Source: Gemmatimonas sp.
GTDB taxonomy: Bacteria > Gemmatimonadota > Gemmatimonadetes > Gemmatimonadales > Gemmatimonadaceae
Reading direction: 5' to 3'
DNA: 64,000 nt
Assembly (NCBI GenBank): GCA_965279375.1
Contig: OZ257156.1
Span: 1,088,001-1,152,000 of the forward strand
This document shows, piece after piece, positions 27,807-38,139 of the stretch (positions are counted from its first letter, which is position 1; each line of letters starts with the position of its first letter). Under the pieces are notes generated by a model. The model ran no database searches. It had not been told where the DNA came from and was given only the letters and a program-made list of their open reading frames with translations. Position numbers and translations under genes: made by a program.

Positions 27807-28936
27807 CGGACACCGCCGGTCCCGTTCAACGACTGCAGCGCTGGCTGCTCGGCTTCTGGATCGTCCCGGTATTGGTCGGCACCCTGGGATTCGTTCTGGT
27901 TCCGTCGCGTCTGAATCCTGGACTGTCACTGGCAGCGCTGTTTCTCGCCCAAATCGCGATCTGGGGAGCGTGGGTGGGGTGGACGATCTTGCTCTGGCGA
28001 CTCGGCGATCGGCTCGCATCGCGCGGCGCTGGCATGGCGGTGCAGATCATCGCGTTCGGCGTGGTCGGTATCGTTGTCGTGGTGGCGCAGATCTTCTGGC
28101 AAGCGACCATCGCGAGCGCATTCGGTTGGATCGAGCCGCGCGGCGTGGAGAGTACCCTCGTCATCGGACTGCGAACGAACGGGGACTATTTCGTGGTGAT
28201 GTATGCGGCCGTGGTGCTTGCGCAACTGGCGTTTCGCTGGCTGGCCACGTTGCAGGCGGCGCAGGTCAGCGCTGCGCAACTCGGAGAGGATCTCGCGCGT
28301 GCGCAGCTTCGTGCGCTGCGCTCACAGTTGCATCCGCATTTTCTGTTCAACGCCTTGAACTCCGTGGTCACGCTCATCGGACGCGATCCGGCGCGTGCAG
28401 AGCAGGTCGTGGTGCAGCTCTCCGATCTGTTGCGCGCAACGCTGCGCTCTGCGGAATCGCAGGAAGTGACGTTGTCTCAGGAACTGGAGCTGACTCGACG
28501 CTATCTGGCCATCGAGCAAGTGCGCTTTGCCGATCGTTTAACCGTGCATTGGCGCGTGCCGTCCGTTCCACATGTGCTGGTGCCGGCGTTTGCGCTGCAG
28601 CCGTTAGTCGAGAACGCGCTCGTGCATGGCATTGCGCGGAGCACAGCGGGAGGAACGGTCACGATCGACGTGACGTTCGATGACACGTCGGTCACGCTGC
28701 AGGTTGGCAATACGGGGCCGGGGCTCTGGCCGCCGTCCACCGCCAGCGGCGCCGGTACGGGATTGAGCAATCTGCGAACACGGTTGGAACGACTCTACGG
28801 CGATCGCGCTTCCTTGCGACTACAAGAGGGTCCGATGCCAGCACTGACGGCGAGCGATGCAGCGCCAACAGGCGGAGCCGGCGTGGTCGCGACGCTTCGT
28901 CTGCCGCGCTCCACCTCAGGCGCTGTGGACACGTAA
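27800..28936 (+). CDS. LytS family membrane sensor histidine kinase
   Basis: 4 TM; LRSQLHPHFLFNALN, QPLVENALVHG, GTGLSNL. Confidence 0.95.
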   Translation: MVTDTAGPVQRLQRWLLGFWIVPVLVGTLGFVLVPSRLNPGLSLAALFLAQIAIWGAWVGWTILLWRLGDRLASRGAGMAVQIIAFGVVGIVVVVAQIFWQATIASAFGWIEPRGVESTLVIGLRTNGDYFVVMYAAVVLAQLAFRWLATLQAAQVSAAQLGEDLARAQLRALRSQLHPHFLFNALNSVVTLIGRDPARAEQVVVQLSDLLRATLRSAESQEVTLSQELELTRRYLAIEQVRFADRLTVHWRVPSVPHVLVPAFALQPLVENALVHGIARSTAGGTVTIDVTFDDTSVTLQVGNTGPGLWPPSTASGAGTGLSNLRTRLERLYGDRASLRLQEGPMPALTASDAAPTGGAGVVATLRLPRSTSGAVDT

Positions 28937-30324
28937 ACCAGCACGCTGTTTTCTGCAGATGCTGACGGCAGACCGCCGGCAGATGGTACAGGCGACTCCC
29001 AGCGACTGTTGCCCACGTAGACGACGCCGGACGCCGTGGCCGCAATGCTCGTTGGCGCCGGCGCGAGCGACGGCTGCCGATCGGCGACGGCCACATCGAT
29101 CACCGCTGTGAAGGTCGCGTTCAGCGTGATCGCCAGTATCTGTGGGACCGTGCCGCCGTTCTGGACGGCATACACGCGCCCGCCGTGCCACGCGATTCCG
29201 TCGAGCCCGAGCACGCTTCTGCCCGGTGCGTCTGTGACGCGTTGGATCCGCCGTGTGGCGAGCGTCAGGACATAGAGCCCATGCGAATAGTCGGCGAGGA
29301 GAACTTTCTCTCCGCCAGGGAGGAGCGTCAGTCCCTGCAGCGATCGAAAGCCCGGATGCCGAAGTGCACTCCATCGTTGTGCCCTATGGTGCCACCAGTA
29401 CAGCTGCCCTGTCTCACTATCGCTCACCAACACGTCGCCACCGGGCAGTGGCAGCATATCGCCGGGAAGGTGCGAATCGTATGGATTGGGGAGCGGATGC
29501 CATTCGACGACCGCACCGTCGGCGATTCGCACGCGGAGCAATGCTGCTCCCGGTGCGCTCGGAGCGCCAAGCGGCCGCGGCACGAGCGGATGTGGAGCGC
29601 TCGTGACCCACAAAGAACGGTCGTCCAACGCCACACGCGTGGAAAGAACGGCGGCGACGCGCGCGTCGCGTGACACTCCCAAGTCTCGCCAATCTCCGTT
29701 CGCGGTCAGCGAGAGCACGGTCCGGCCGCGGATGCTCGTGACGAACAGCTGTCCGCTGCGCGCACTGGCCGCGAGCCCCTCCACCAGCACCGACGAGTCG
29801 ATCGACGCAAGCGCACGTCCTCGCACCACCGGCAGCGACGCCTCCTGCAACGCGTCTACGTCGGCGCGATCGAGATTGTCGTTCGCCCATCGATGCAGCA
29901 GCGTGTCCTGCCAGACGGCAGCAGCTTGATGCATCGCGACGAGCGCGTGGGACGCGGCGACAAATTCCGAGGCCCGGTTGTCGAGCGCGGCGGCGCGCGC
30001 ACGCGCGAGCCAGTACGCCGGCTGTGTCGGCCATGCATCGGTGGCCGCGCGTAGCAGCGAATCCCTCACCCACTGCGAGGTGGCTTGCTGTGCCGCACGG
30101 AACGCGGTGCGTGCGACCGTCGCCGAATCGGCGGCGGCGTCGCGGCTCGACGGTGGCGTCGCGCGCCGGAATGGTGCGGCATTTTGCGCCTGGACGGTTG
30201 CGACGCCGCTCAATGGTGCCGCAAGACCGATCAACAGTGCGAACGATCTCGCGTTGCGCACGCGGGGCGGAGCGAGCTCCCGCGCTGGCGTCTGTGATTC
30301 GCGAAAGCGCTCCATCTGCCTCAT
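28795..30324 (-). CDS. Exported protein: helical (TPR-like) N-terminus + SMP-30/NHL-like beta-propeller
   Basis: ATGA-coupled to upstream SGNH gene; AQ signal site; EGLA, LFVTS, LVSDS, SLQGL..LADYSHG, GLDG..W..YAVQNG blades. Confidence 0.75.
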   Translation of the reverse strand: MRQMERFRESQTPARELAPPRVRNARSFALLIGLAAPLSGVATVQAQNAAPFRRATPPSSRDAAADSATVARTAFRAAQQATSQWVRDSLLRAATDAWPTQPAYWLARARAAALDNRASEFVAASHALVAMHQAAAVWQDTLLHRWANDNLDRADVDALQEASLPVVRGRALASIDSSVLVEGLAASARSGQLFVTSIRGRTVLSLTANGDWRDLGVSRDARVAAVLSTRVALDDRSLWVTSAPHPLVPRPLGAPSAPGAALLRVRIADGAVVEWHPLPNPYDSHLPGDMLPLPGGDVLVSDSETGQLYWWHHRAQRWSALRHPGFRSLQGLTLLPGGEKVLLADYSHGLYVLTLATRRIQRVTDAPGRSVLGLDGIAWHGGRVYAVQNGGTVPQILAITLNATFTAVIDVAVADRQPSLAPAPTSIAATASGVVYVGNSRWESPVPSAGGLPSASAENSVLVYVSTAPEVERGRRSVATTPAPPVGAASLAVSAGIGPSCSRKEARSP

Positions 30325-31121
30325 GGCGCGAGGTGCAGATACTTGGGATTCCGCGCGAGCGCGCGCGTGGCGGCATCCTGCAGTGCGCGCACGGTCGCAG
30401 CGCTGATCGGCGCACCGGGGATCGTCGGAGGGAGAGCCGCCGGCGGGATGCCGGTGATGCGCTCCAGCAGCACGATGGCGCTCAGGTACGTGCCGATGAT
30501 GGTGGGATGCAGTTCGTCGGCGTACAGGTCGCGGTACGCGCTGAGCTCCGGTGAGAAGAGCTCGGCGTAGATCACCCAGGCATCGCCAGCGGGTGCGAAG
30601 ATCCCTTCCACGGCGCGCGCCGCATTCCGATACGACGTGGCGACGTTGGGAAAGTCGAATAGCCGGCCGGCGCTCGGCCACACCATGAACAGCACCGGTT
30701 CGGCACCAGTTTCTCTGATCAGCGGTGCGAACTGCATGGTCCACGTCTGCAAGTGCTGCTGGCTTTCCGGCAACGCCGACGAGCCTTGCTGCAACACAAC
30801 GTGCGACCATCGGCGATTCCGAAGCCAGAGCCGCGTGGTGCCCTGCTGGTAGTGATCGCTCAAGGCGTAGTCGGGCAACGCAATCGTTGCCACGGCGATG
30901 GTGGTGTCGCCGGCGAGACCGGCGAGCTCCTGCATCATGGCGGGAAGGCTGTTGGAGTACGTCAGCGAGTTCCCGATGAAGAGCACGGGGTGGGCGGCCG
31001 TAATCGTCGGCGGCGGCGAGACCGCGCCGGTCGAGCAGCCTCCGAGCAGCGGCGCCAGCAGTGGCGCCAGCAGTGGCGCCAGCAGAAGCATGGCGCGCCG
31101 GGTCTTGAATCGTGTAGGCAT
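30321..31121 (-). CDS. SGNH hydrolase-like lipoprotein
   Basis: LGGC lipobox; VLFIGNSLTY, W..VVLQQGS, DELHP...GTYL. Confidence 0.88.
   Translation of the reverse strand: MPTRFKTRRAMLLLAPLLAPLLAPLLGGCSTGAVSPPPTITAAHPVLFIGNSLTYSNSLPAMMQELAGLAGDTTIAVATIALPDYALSDHYQQGTTRLWLRNRRWSHVVLQQGSSALPESQQHLQTWTMQFAPLIRETGAEPVLFMVWPSAGRLFDFPNVATSYRNAARAVEGIFAPAGDAWVIYAELFSPELSAYRDLYADELHPTIIGTYLSAIVLLERITGIPPAALPPTIPGAPISAATVRALQDAATRALARNPKYLHLAP
31045..31085. repeat. 12-bp tandem repeat encoding (LLAP)3 in the signal peptide
   Basis: AGCAGYGGCGCC x3 + AGCAG. Confidence 0.9.
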
Positions 31122-31379
31122 GACGCATGGTGCAGGCAGAGGCGTTGCGTCGCGACGCGCGTGGGCCAGAGTGTGCCTGCTCCATGGTCAACGGTGAACG
31201 CGCGGTGATCGACTTAGCGCCTGTGACCATGCATCCGGTGGGCGATCTGCTGCGGATAGCGAAGACCGTGCGCCGCGAGGCTACCTTTCGCGGCCACAGC
31301 GCGAGGACGTCAGCGTTCGATTCTGACCTGTCGCATCGTCCTCACGCGCGAACGCCTGCCGCCACCAGGGTCCGAGCAC

Positions 31380-32564
31380 GTGCTGACGCTTTTCACCATC
31401 GTTTTTCTGGATCTGATCGGCTTCGGCATGATCATTCCAGTGTTTCCGTTCTACGCGCAGGAGGTCGGCGTGGACCCGGCGTCGGTCATCTTCTTCCTCG
31501 GCCTCTACTCGCTGGGGCAATTGGTGGGTGCGCCGATCTGGGGCACGCTTTCCGATCGCATCGGGCGGCGACCGGTGCTGCTGATGACACTGCTCGCCAA
31601 TGCGGGCGCCTCGTGGATGCTGGCCTACTCGGACAACGGCCTGTTTCTCGGGGCGTCGCGTATCGTCGCGGGTCTGGCGGCGGGCAACATCTCCGCGGCG
31701 TACGCCTACACGACCGACATCACCACTGACGCAACGCGCCCCAAGGCACTTGGCTTGCTTGGCTCCGCGTTCGGGCTGGGATTCATTCTGGGTCCGGCGC
31801 TGGGCGGGCTACTGGCGGGGGCCAATCCGGATGACGTGGGTGCGCTCGCACGCGTGGCGCACGGCGCAGCCGCGTTGTCGATCGTCGCGTTCGTTCTGAC
31901 GCTCTTCAAGCTGCCGGAGTCGCTGCCGCCGGAAAAGCGCGCGCAGAAGGGGAGCAAGCGTCCGAGTCTGATGGCGCAGTTCAAACGCCCGGTGCTGCGC
32001 GACCTGCTGCTCTCGACGGTGATCGTGGTGGCGGCCGTCGCGCTCTTTCAAAGCACGCTCGCGCTGTTTGCCGCTGAGCGCTTGAAGGTGGGGCCGCGCA
32101 CGCTGGGGTGGATCTACGGATTCGTCGGCGTGATTTCGGTGGCGGTGCAAGCCGGCATCATTGGAATGCTGACCAAGCGCTTTGGTGCGGCATCGCTCAC
32201 GCGTGCCGGTGCGCTGTTGATCGCCATCGGCCTCGCGCTCATGCCACCGGTGCACTCGATGACGTTGCTGCTCATCGCCCTGGCGCTGTTCGGCATTGGC
32301 TCTGCGCTGTTCAATCCCAGCATGAGCGGACTGGTCGCTGCCACGGCTGCGCCGCACGAGCGCGGGACCGTGCTGGGGGCGTATCAGAGCGCGGCGTCGC
32401 TGGGGCGTGTGATCGGTCCGTTTCTCGCGAGCGCGGTGGCCACTGCGACATCGCTGCAGTGGCCATTCGCACTCGGTGCCGTCGTATCGTTAGGCGGTGT
32501 GTTGCTGATTCATACGCGACCCAACACCACGGAGCAGGCGCCCGTCAGCGACCCAACGGCGTGA
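31380..32564 (+). CDS. MFS transporter, TetA/DHA1-like
   Basis: FLDLIGFGMIIP, G.LSDRIGRRPV motif A, GLGFILGPALGG motif C. Confidence 0.93.
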   Translation: MLTLFTIVFLDLIGFGMIIPVFPFYAQEVGVDPASVIFFLGLYSLGQLVGAPIWGTLSDRIGRRPVLLMTLLANAGASWMLAYSDNGLFLGASRIVAGLAAGNISAAYAYTTDITTDATRPKALGLLGSAFGLGFILGPALGGLLAGANPDDVGALARVAHGAAALSIVAFVLTLFKLPESLPPEKRAQKGSKRPSLMAQFKRPVLRDLLLSTVIVVAAVALFQSTLALFAAERLKVGPRTLGWIYGFVGVISVAVQAGIIGMLTKRFGAASLTRAGALLIAIGLALMPPVHSMTLLLIALALFGIGSALFNPSMSGLVAATAAPHERGTVLGAYQSAASLGRVIGPFLASAVATATSLQWPFALGAVVSLGGVLLIHTRPNTTEQAPVSDPTA

Positions 32565-35058
32565 CGATGCGCCAGAGTGAATCGAAGGCGTTGCGGTTCC
32601 AGAGGTCGTCGTACGCGGCCTCGTCGTACGCGCCGTCGTAGGAGCCATCGTACGCGCCGTCGTCGCCGCCAAAGCCACCTGCACCACCAGCCGGCGTCAT
32701 CTTGTAGTTGTCAGGCGGCATCGCGCCCAACAGATGCTGCACGAAGTAGTCCCAGCGGCGGCGGATGAAGTACGGTTCGTTGAGCGAGTGTGGACGGTTG
32801 GGCGCCATGATGAGATCGAAGCTCTTGTTGGCCTTGATCAGCTCATCGACCAACTGAATGGTCATCGCGGGGTGCACGTTGTCGTCCATGTCGCCGTGCA
32901 TGAGCATCAGGTGGCCACGCAGGTTGGCCGCGTAGCTCTTGTTGGCCGACGCCGTGAAGTTGTCTTCGCCGCGCCGCGTGCTGTCCTTGCGCAGCAGTCC
33001 CTGATACTTCTCCGCCCAGTAGATGTTGTACGAGCGGTTGTCGTGATTGCCCGCGCCCGATACGGCCACCTTGAAGAACTCCGGGAAGCGCAGCATGGCG
33101 TCGGTGCTGGCAAAGCCGCCGCCCGAGTGGCCGAAGATGCCGACGCGCTCGAGATCGATGAAGCGATGGCGAGCGCCGAGCTGCTTGATCGCCGCGATGT
33201 GATCGGGGAGCCCGTTGTCGGTGAAGTTGCCGTAGTAGGCATCGTGGAAGACCTTCGACCGGCCGGGCGTACCGAGGTGATCGATCTGCACGACGATGAA
33301 GCCCAGTTCCGCCAGCGCGAACGGTTCACCGTTCCCCTTGAACGTCCACGCACCAACCGAGCCCACCTGCGGGCCGGGATAGATGTGCGAGATGATCGGA
33401 TACGACTTGGTGCTGTCGAGCTTCTGCGGCAGATACATCACGCCGTGAATGTCGGTGGCACCGTCACGCGCCTTGACCGTGAAGGGCACAGCGGCCTTCC
33501 ACCCCTGCGCCACGAGCTGTGAGATATCCGCCTTCTCGAGCGTGCGGATCACGCGCCCGGTCAGTGTCTCACGCAGCACCGTGACCGGCGGCGACGTGAT
33601 CGTGCTGACCTTGTCAACCACATACTTGCCGCTCGGGCTGATCGTCAGCTCGTGATTGCCGTCGTCGTTGGTGAGCTTGGTGAGCGCGCTGCCATCGAGT
33701 CCGACGCGATAGAGGTGCGTGTTGTAGACGAGTTGTCCTTCTTCGCGGCCGCGGCCGGAGAACCATACGGTGCGCGTCACTTCGTCGACATGCAGCGCCA
33801 TGCCCACCTGCCACGCGCCACTGGTGATCTGGTTCTTCACCGAGCCGTCGTGATTGAGCAACCACAGATGTCCGTAGCCATCGCGTTCCGACCACCACAC
33901 CACTTCGCCGGTCTTGAGTACGTACCAGCTTTCCTGATCGCGCGGACTGGCGATTTCGACATACGTCTTGCCCGTGTCCTTGGCGATGACGACTGCCTTG
34001 CCGGTGGCTGCATCCGCTTCGATGAGATAGGCCGCCTTGGACGCGCGCGCGAGCCCGCTGATGTAGGCCTTGTCCGAGCCGCTGGACCACGTCGAGTCGC
34101 GCAGTGAGCCGCCGATGCTGGCGATGTTCATCTTCACCGGCAACGCGATGGGCTTGCTCGTCTTGGCGGCCACGTCGACCACATAGAAATTGGGCACGGG
34201 CACAATGCTGTCGCCCGGCAGCGCGTACGGCTGCGTGAACATGCGCGGACGCTGCGACGTGTAGGACACGTACGGCATGAGTCCGACCTTGCGTTCATCC
34301 TGTCGCGTGACGAGCAGCTTCTTGGAGTCGGGCGACCAGCGCACGTTGGGGCGACGCCCCAGCGGACTGGGGCGGAGTGCCTGCTGCGGGCGGATCGCGG
34401 TCACGCCGTAGCTGAAATACTCCTCGCCATCCGTGGTTAAACGGACCGTGTCCTTGCCACCGCGCGCACGCACGTACAGGTCATGCTTGATGACGAACGC
34501 CTCGAGCTTCTTGTCCGGCGAGAGTACGAACGGCGACTCGTTGTACGTGGTGTCCTTGGCGACGCACTTGTACTGCACGATGTCGCAGGCGAACTGGCGC
34601 TTGCCGGCGCGAAACTCGATGCTCTTCTCGTCATCGCCATCGTTGCCGAAGCGGAAGGCACGGAACGGCAGATGATCGGCGTCGTACGCGGTGTCGGCCG
34701 CCACACTCATCACCGCGGCCAGCTTGCTGTTGTCGAACAACAGGCTGCGCGTGTTGGTGACGGGGTTGATGACCACGAAATCCGCACCGGTGCGCGTCTT
34801 GTTGCGATACCAGAAGCGGTTGCCGTCCTTGAAGAACTGCGGCGCCACTTCGTCGCCGGTGACGAGCTTGCCGGCATTCCACGGCAGGAGCTGTTCGGCG
34901 CGGGAGTAATCCACCGCCGTGACGGTGGGGCGTGTCTGCGCGCCGAGTGAAGGCGAGACGGCGAGTGTCAGGGCGATCGCGAGCGCACCGGTCAGTGCGC
35001 GAGGTAGCACGGAGGGGCGGGTGGGAGCATCCACCTGACGCGATGTGAACCAAGGCAT
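32545..35058 (-). CDS. S9B dipeptidyl peptidase IV family
   Basis: Signal peptide; WSPDS propeller; YPGPQ, GHSGGG, HGDMDDNVH, PH catalytic triad. Confidence 0.94.
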   Translation of the reverse strand: MPWFTSRQVDAPTRPSVLPRALTGALAIALTLAVSPSLGAQTRPTVTAVDYSRAEQLLPWNAGKLVTGDEVAPQFFKDGNRFWYRNKTRTGADFVVINPVTNTRSLLFDNSKLAAVMSVAADTAYDADHLPFRAFRFGNDGDDEKSIEFRAGKRQFACDIVQYKCVAKDTTYNESPFVLSPDKKLEAFVIKHDLYVRARGGKDTVRLTTDGEEYFSYGVTAIRPQQALRPSPLGRRPNVRWSPDSKKLLVTRQDERKVGLMPYVSYTSQRPRMFTQPYALPGDSIVPVPNFYVVDVAAKTSKPIALPVKMNIASIGGSLRDSTWSSGSDKAYISGLARASKAAYLIEADAATGKAVVIAKDTGKTYVEIASPRDQESWYVLKTGEVVWWSERDGYGHLWLLNHDGSVKNQITSGAWQVGMALHVDEVTRTVWFSGRGREEGQLVYNTHLYRVGLDGSALTKLTNDDGNHELTISPSGKYVVDKVSTITSPPVTVLRETLTGRVIRTLEKADISQLVAQGWKAAVPFTVKARDGATDIHGVMYLPQKLDSTKSYPIISHIYPGPQVGSVGAWTFKGNGEPFALAELGFIVVQIDHLGTPGRSKVFHDAYYGNFTDNGLPDHIAAIKQLGARHRFIDLERVGIFGHSGGGFASTDAMLRFPEFFKVAVSGAGNHDNRSYNIYWAEKYQGLLRKDSTRRGEDNFTASANKSYAANLRGHLMLMHGDMDDNVHPAMTIQLVDELIKANKSFDLIMAPNRPHSLNEPYFIRRRWDYFVQHLLGAMPPDNYKMTPAGGAGGFGGDDGAYDGSYDGAYDEAAYDDLWNRNAFDSLWRIVTPLGR

Positions 35059-35152
35059 TGGCGTTGGGCAAAAGAGAAGGGCGAACCGCGAACCTCAACA
35101 GTTTCGCGTCCGCCCTCGTCTTGCGCCATATCGGGTTTTCAGCCCCCGGTGG

Positions 35153-36586
35153 CTACGGCTGTACGCCCCCAACCACGCGCTTCATCACGGTGCCGCGCGG
35201 CAGGTTGGTGCTCGCGTCGATTTCGTTGATGATGTAAATGGTGTTGGCGCTGGCGGTGCTCGGGAAGCGCTGCACGAACGCCTGACCGCTCATCGCCTCG
35301 GTCAGCGTGACCAGCTGCACGGTCGCCGGCTGCACGTTCAGGCTCGCCGCGTCGGTGAGCACCTTGAAGGAGCGAACGGCCGCATCGATCTCGCCATCGC
35401 GCTGCGCCGGTGCCTTGCTCGTCATCAGCCCCACGAGCAGGTACGTCGTGCTCCCCGACTGAATCGCCGCCGCCTGACCGCGCAGCGCACCGCTGCTGGT
35501 TGTCGCGTCGAACGTCGCTACCGCCGCGGCGAGTCCATTGATGGTGGTGTTGCCGCTCTGCTTGAGCGTGATCCCCTGCTGCGACGTGAACGTCTGCAGC
35601 GCCTGCGCGGGCGACCCCTGCCCCGGCGTCAGCTCGAGCTGCGCATCCGCGGCCTGGCTCTGCCCCGCCACCGATGCGGCCATGTTCATCGTCTTCCAAC
35701 CGCTCGGGAAGGTGAACTCGAAGCGCAGATCCGGGTGCAGGAACCGCGTACCCTTGAAGTAGCCGTTGCGCGGATTCTCGCCGAACACCATGCCGTCGAT
35801 GACCTTGAGATAGCCGTCGCGATTGACCTTGCTGTTCGTCAGCGAGTTCGGCGGCAGCGCGGCAACCTTCTGCTCTGCGACCTTCACACGATTGCCCGGG
35901 TCCGGGTGCGTGCTCTGCCACTCGGGGATGCGCACACCTCCCTCGCCAGAGAGTCGCGCAAGCGTGTTGAACACCTTGGGCGTTTCGCGCACGTCGTAAC
36001 CCTGCGCGAGCGAGTACTTGAAGCCCAGCGCATCGGCCTGCGTTTCGTCGTCACGCCCGAACTTGAGAAACAGCAGACCCGCGCCGCCGTTGAGCAGCTC
36101 GCCGTACTGCGCGACGCGCTGCGACAGCACGCTCGCGCCCACCAACCCGATCTGCGCCACCTGCTGCTTGCTCATCGCGGCGACGGTGTGCTTGGCCGTC
36201 ACGTGTCCGATTTCGTGCCCGATCACTTCCGCCAGTTCGGCTTCGTTGGTCAGGTGCGTCATGAGACCGCGCGTCACGAAGATGAAGCCGCCGGGATAGG
36301 CGAACGCGTTCACCGCTGCATCGTCGAGGAGATGGAACTCCCACGGCAGCCCGGGGCGCTCGGACTTGGCAGCGATCGCCATGCCGATGCGGCGCACCAT
36401 CGCCTGCGCTTCAGGCTTGTTGGTCTCGCCGACACTCTTGAGATCGCCCGCAGACGCTTCGCGTCCCATCGCGATCTCTTGCGATTGCGAGATGAGCGAC
36501 AGCTCGCTCCGGCCGGTGACGGGATTGGTGGCGCAGGCGGCGAGGGTGGCCGCGGAGAGCAGCGCGAGGGCGGATAGTGGTTTCAT
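35153..36586 (-). CDS. M48 family Zn metalloprotease lipoprotein with C-terminal extension
   Basis: LAACATNPVTG; NAFAYPGG; HEIGH; ETQAD; STHP. Confidence 0.93.
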   Translation of the reverse strand: MKPLSALALLSAATLAACATNPVTGRSELSLISQSQEIAMGREASAGDLKSVGETNKPEAQAMVRRIGMAIAAKSERPGLPWEFHLLDDAAVNAFAYPGGFIFVTRGLMTHLTNEAELAEVIGHEIGHVTAKHTVAAMSKQQVAQIGLVGASVLSQRVAQYGELLNGGAGLLFLKFGRDDETQADALGFKYSLAQGYDVRETPKVFNTLARLSGEGGVRIPEWQSTHPDPGNRVKVAEQKVAALPPNSLTNSKVNRDGYLKVIDGMVFGENPRNGYFKGTRFLHPDLRFEFTFPSGWKTMNMAASVAGQSQAADAQLELTPGQGSPAQALQTFTSQQGITLKQSGNTTINGLAAAVATFDATTSSGALRGQAAAIQSGSTTYLLVGLMTSKAPAQRDGEIDAAVRSFKVLTDAASLNVQPATVQLVTLTEAMSGQAFVQRFPSTASANTIYIINEIDASTNLPRGTVMKRVVGGVQP

Positions 36587-36638
36587 CACAGGACGAAGTT
36601 GCAAATGGTATGCCGAAGGGTGTCTGCTGCGGCCGACA

Positions 36639-37937
36639 TCACGAAAGCGCGAACGGACGCTCGAGACTCGGTGACTGTGGGGTGAAGAGCTCGGCCCCAT
36701 TCTCCGTGATGACCATATCGTCTTCGAGGCGGATGCCGAACTCGCCCGGGATGTAGATGCCCGGCTCGTCGGAGAATACCATGCCCGGCTTGAGCGGGAG
36801 TGTGTTCCCGCGCACGAGATACGGCCACTCGTGCCCGTCCATTCCCATGCCGTGCCCGACGCGGTGGCTGAAGTACTTGTAGTCGGGACCGAAGCCGGCA
36901 TCGACGATCACCTTGCGCGCCGCCGCATCGACGGCCTCGCACGGCAGTCCCGGGCGAGCGGTCTTGAGTGCCGCGGTCTGTGCGCGATGCTCGATCTCGA
37001 ACACATCCTTCATGCGCTGCGTGGCCTTGCCCAGCACGAACGTGCGCGAGATGTCCGAGCTGTAGCCCTCCACCTTGCAGCCGCCGTCAATCAGCAGGAT
37101 GCTCCCCTCGCGTACGACCTGCGGTGTGGCCGAACCGTGCGGCAGCGCCGAGAACTTGCCAACCTGTACGCCTGCCGAACCTTCGTAGCCCAACTGACGA
37201 TGCGCGAGCTGCACGAGCCGCGCGAAGTCGTCCTGCGTCATCCCTTCCTTGAGCGACTTGTACGCTGCCTCGTACGCCTTGAGCGTCACCTGGCTGGCAA
37301 ATCGCATGAGGGCAATTTCGTGCGCGTCTTTCACCGTGCGGCAGCCCGCCGTGACTGGCGTGCCGCTGACGACCTTCACGTTGGGAATGTGCGCGGCACC
37401 GTCACTGAACTGGAACCGCACGGTTTCTTCGGCGCCGATGGTGGCCGTGGAGAGACCGCGCGACTTGAGCCCCTGCGCGATGAGGGCGTACGGGTTCTCG
37501 TGCTCTTCCCACGCGTAGACCGTTGCGTCCTTGCCGAGCGGTCCGAGGTGCGCCTGCTCCATGGCGCGTTCCTCCTCGAACTTGGGGGTGACGAGGAAGG
37601 CGCTGCCGGTTGTTGGGATGATGGCGGCGAGGAGCCGTTCGCTGAGACCCCACCGGATGCCGGTGAAGTACTCCATCGACGTGCCGCCGGTGAGCATCAG
37701 TGCGTCGATGCCGTTCGCCTTCATCAAAGCGCGCGCGCGCTCGATGCGTGCACGCCGTTCATCCACCGAGATCGGGGTGACTTTCCCCTTCATCGACGTG
37801 AGCGCCTTGATCGCTGGCGGCAGCTCCTGTCCCGTCTGCGCGCCGCCGTGGGGTGCCGCATCGGCGGGCGTCGAGCCGAGCGAAAGGCCGGCGAGGGTGG
37901 CCGCGGAAGTGCCGAGGAAGGTGCGACGGGTCGTCAT
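36639..37937 (-). CDS. Xaa-Pro peptidase (M24B), Tat-exported
   Basis: TRRTFL signal; PHG, IDGG, YSSDISRT, HRVGHGMG..HE, DEPGIY, GIRLED. Confidence 0.95.
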   Translation of the reverse strand: MTTRRTFLGTSAATLAGLSLGSTPADAAPHGGAQTGQELPPAIKALTSMKGKVTPISVDERRARIERARALMKANGIDALMLTGGTSMEYFTGIRWGLSERLLAAIIPTTGSAFLVTPKFEEERAMEQAHLGPLGKDATVYAWEEHENPYALIAQGLKSRGLSTATIGAEETVRFQFSDGAAHIPNVKVVSGTPVTAGCRTVKDAHEIALMRFASQVTLKAYEAAYKSLKEGMTQDDFARLVQLAHRQLGYEGSAGVQVGKFSALPHGSATPQVVREGSILLIDGGCKVEGYSSDISRTFVLGKATQRMKDVFEIEHRAQTAALKTARPGLPCEAVDAAARKVIVDAGFGPDYKYFSHRVGHGMGMDGHEWPYLVRGNTLPLKPGMVFSDEPGIYIPGEFGIRLEDDMVITENGAELFTPQSPSLERPFALS

Positions 37938-38139
37938 GGTGGTCTGCCCTGAGCGCGTGGGAAAAGCGTTGCCGTGAATGAACGCCCAATCGCTGCTGCA
38001 GGAACAGCGACTGAACGGACACGAAACGGCACGAATGTTTGCACCGCGACGTTACGTCGAAATTGCCCAGTTGCGACAGTGGGCCGAGCCGCATTGCTTC
38101 CCCCACGCTCGACGCTGTCTCCCACCTTTCGAGGATCCT

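Noticed and set aside
30325..31230. N-terminal 300 aa of the 811-aa ORF 28795-31230
   Set aside because: Alternative frame of the SGNH gene; the real start is the ATGA-coupled ATG at 30324
38027..38043. sigma54 promoter upstream of susC (GGCACG...TTGCA)
   Set aside because: GG-to-GC spacing is 11 nt rather than the required 10
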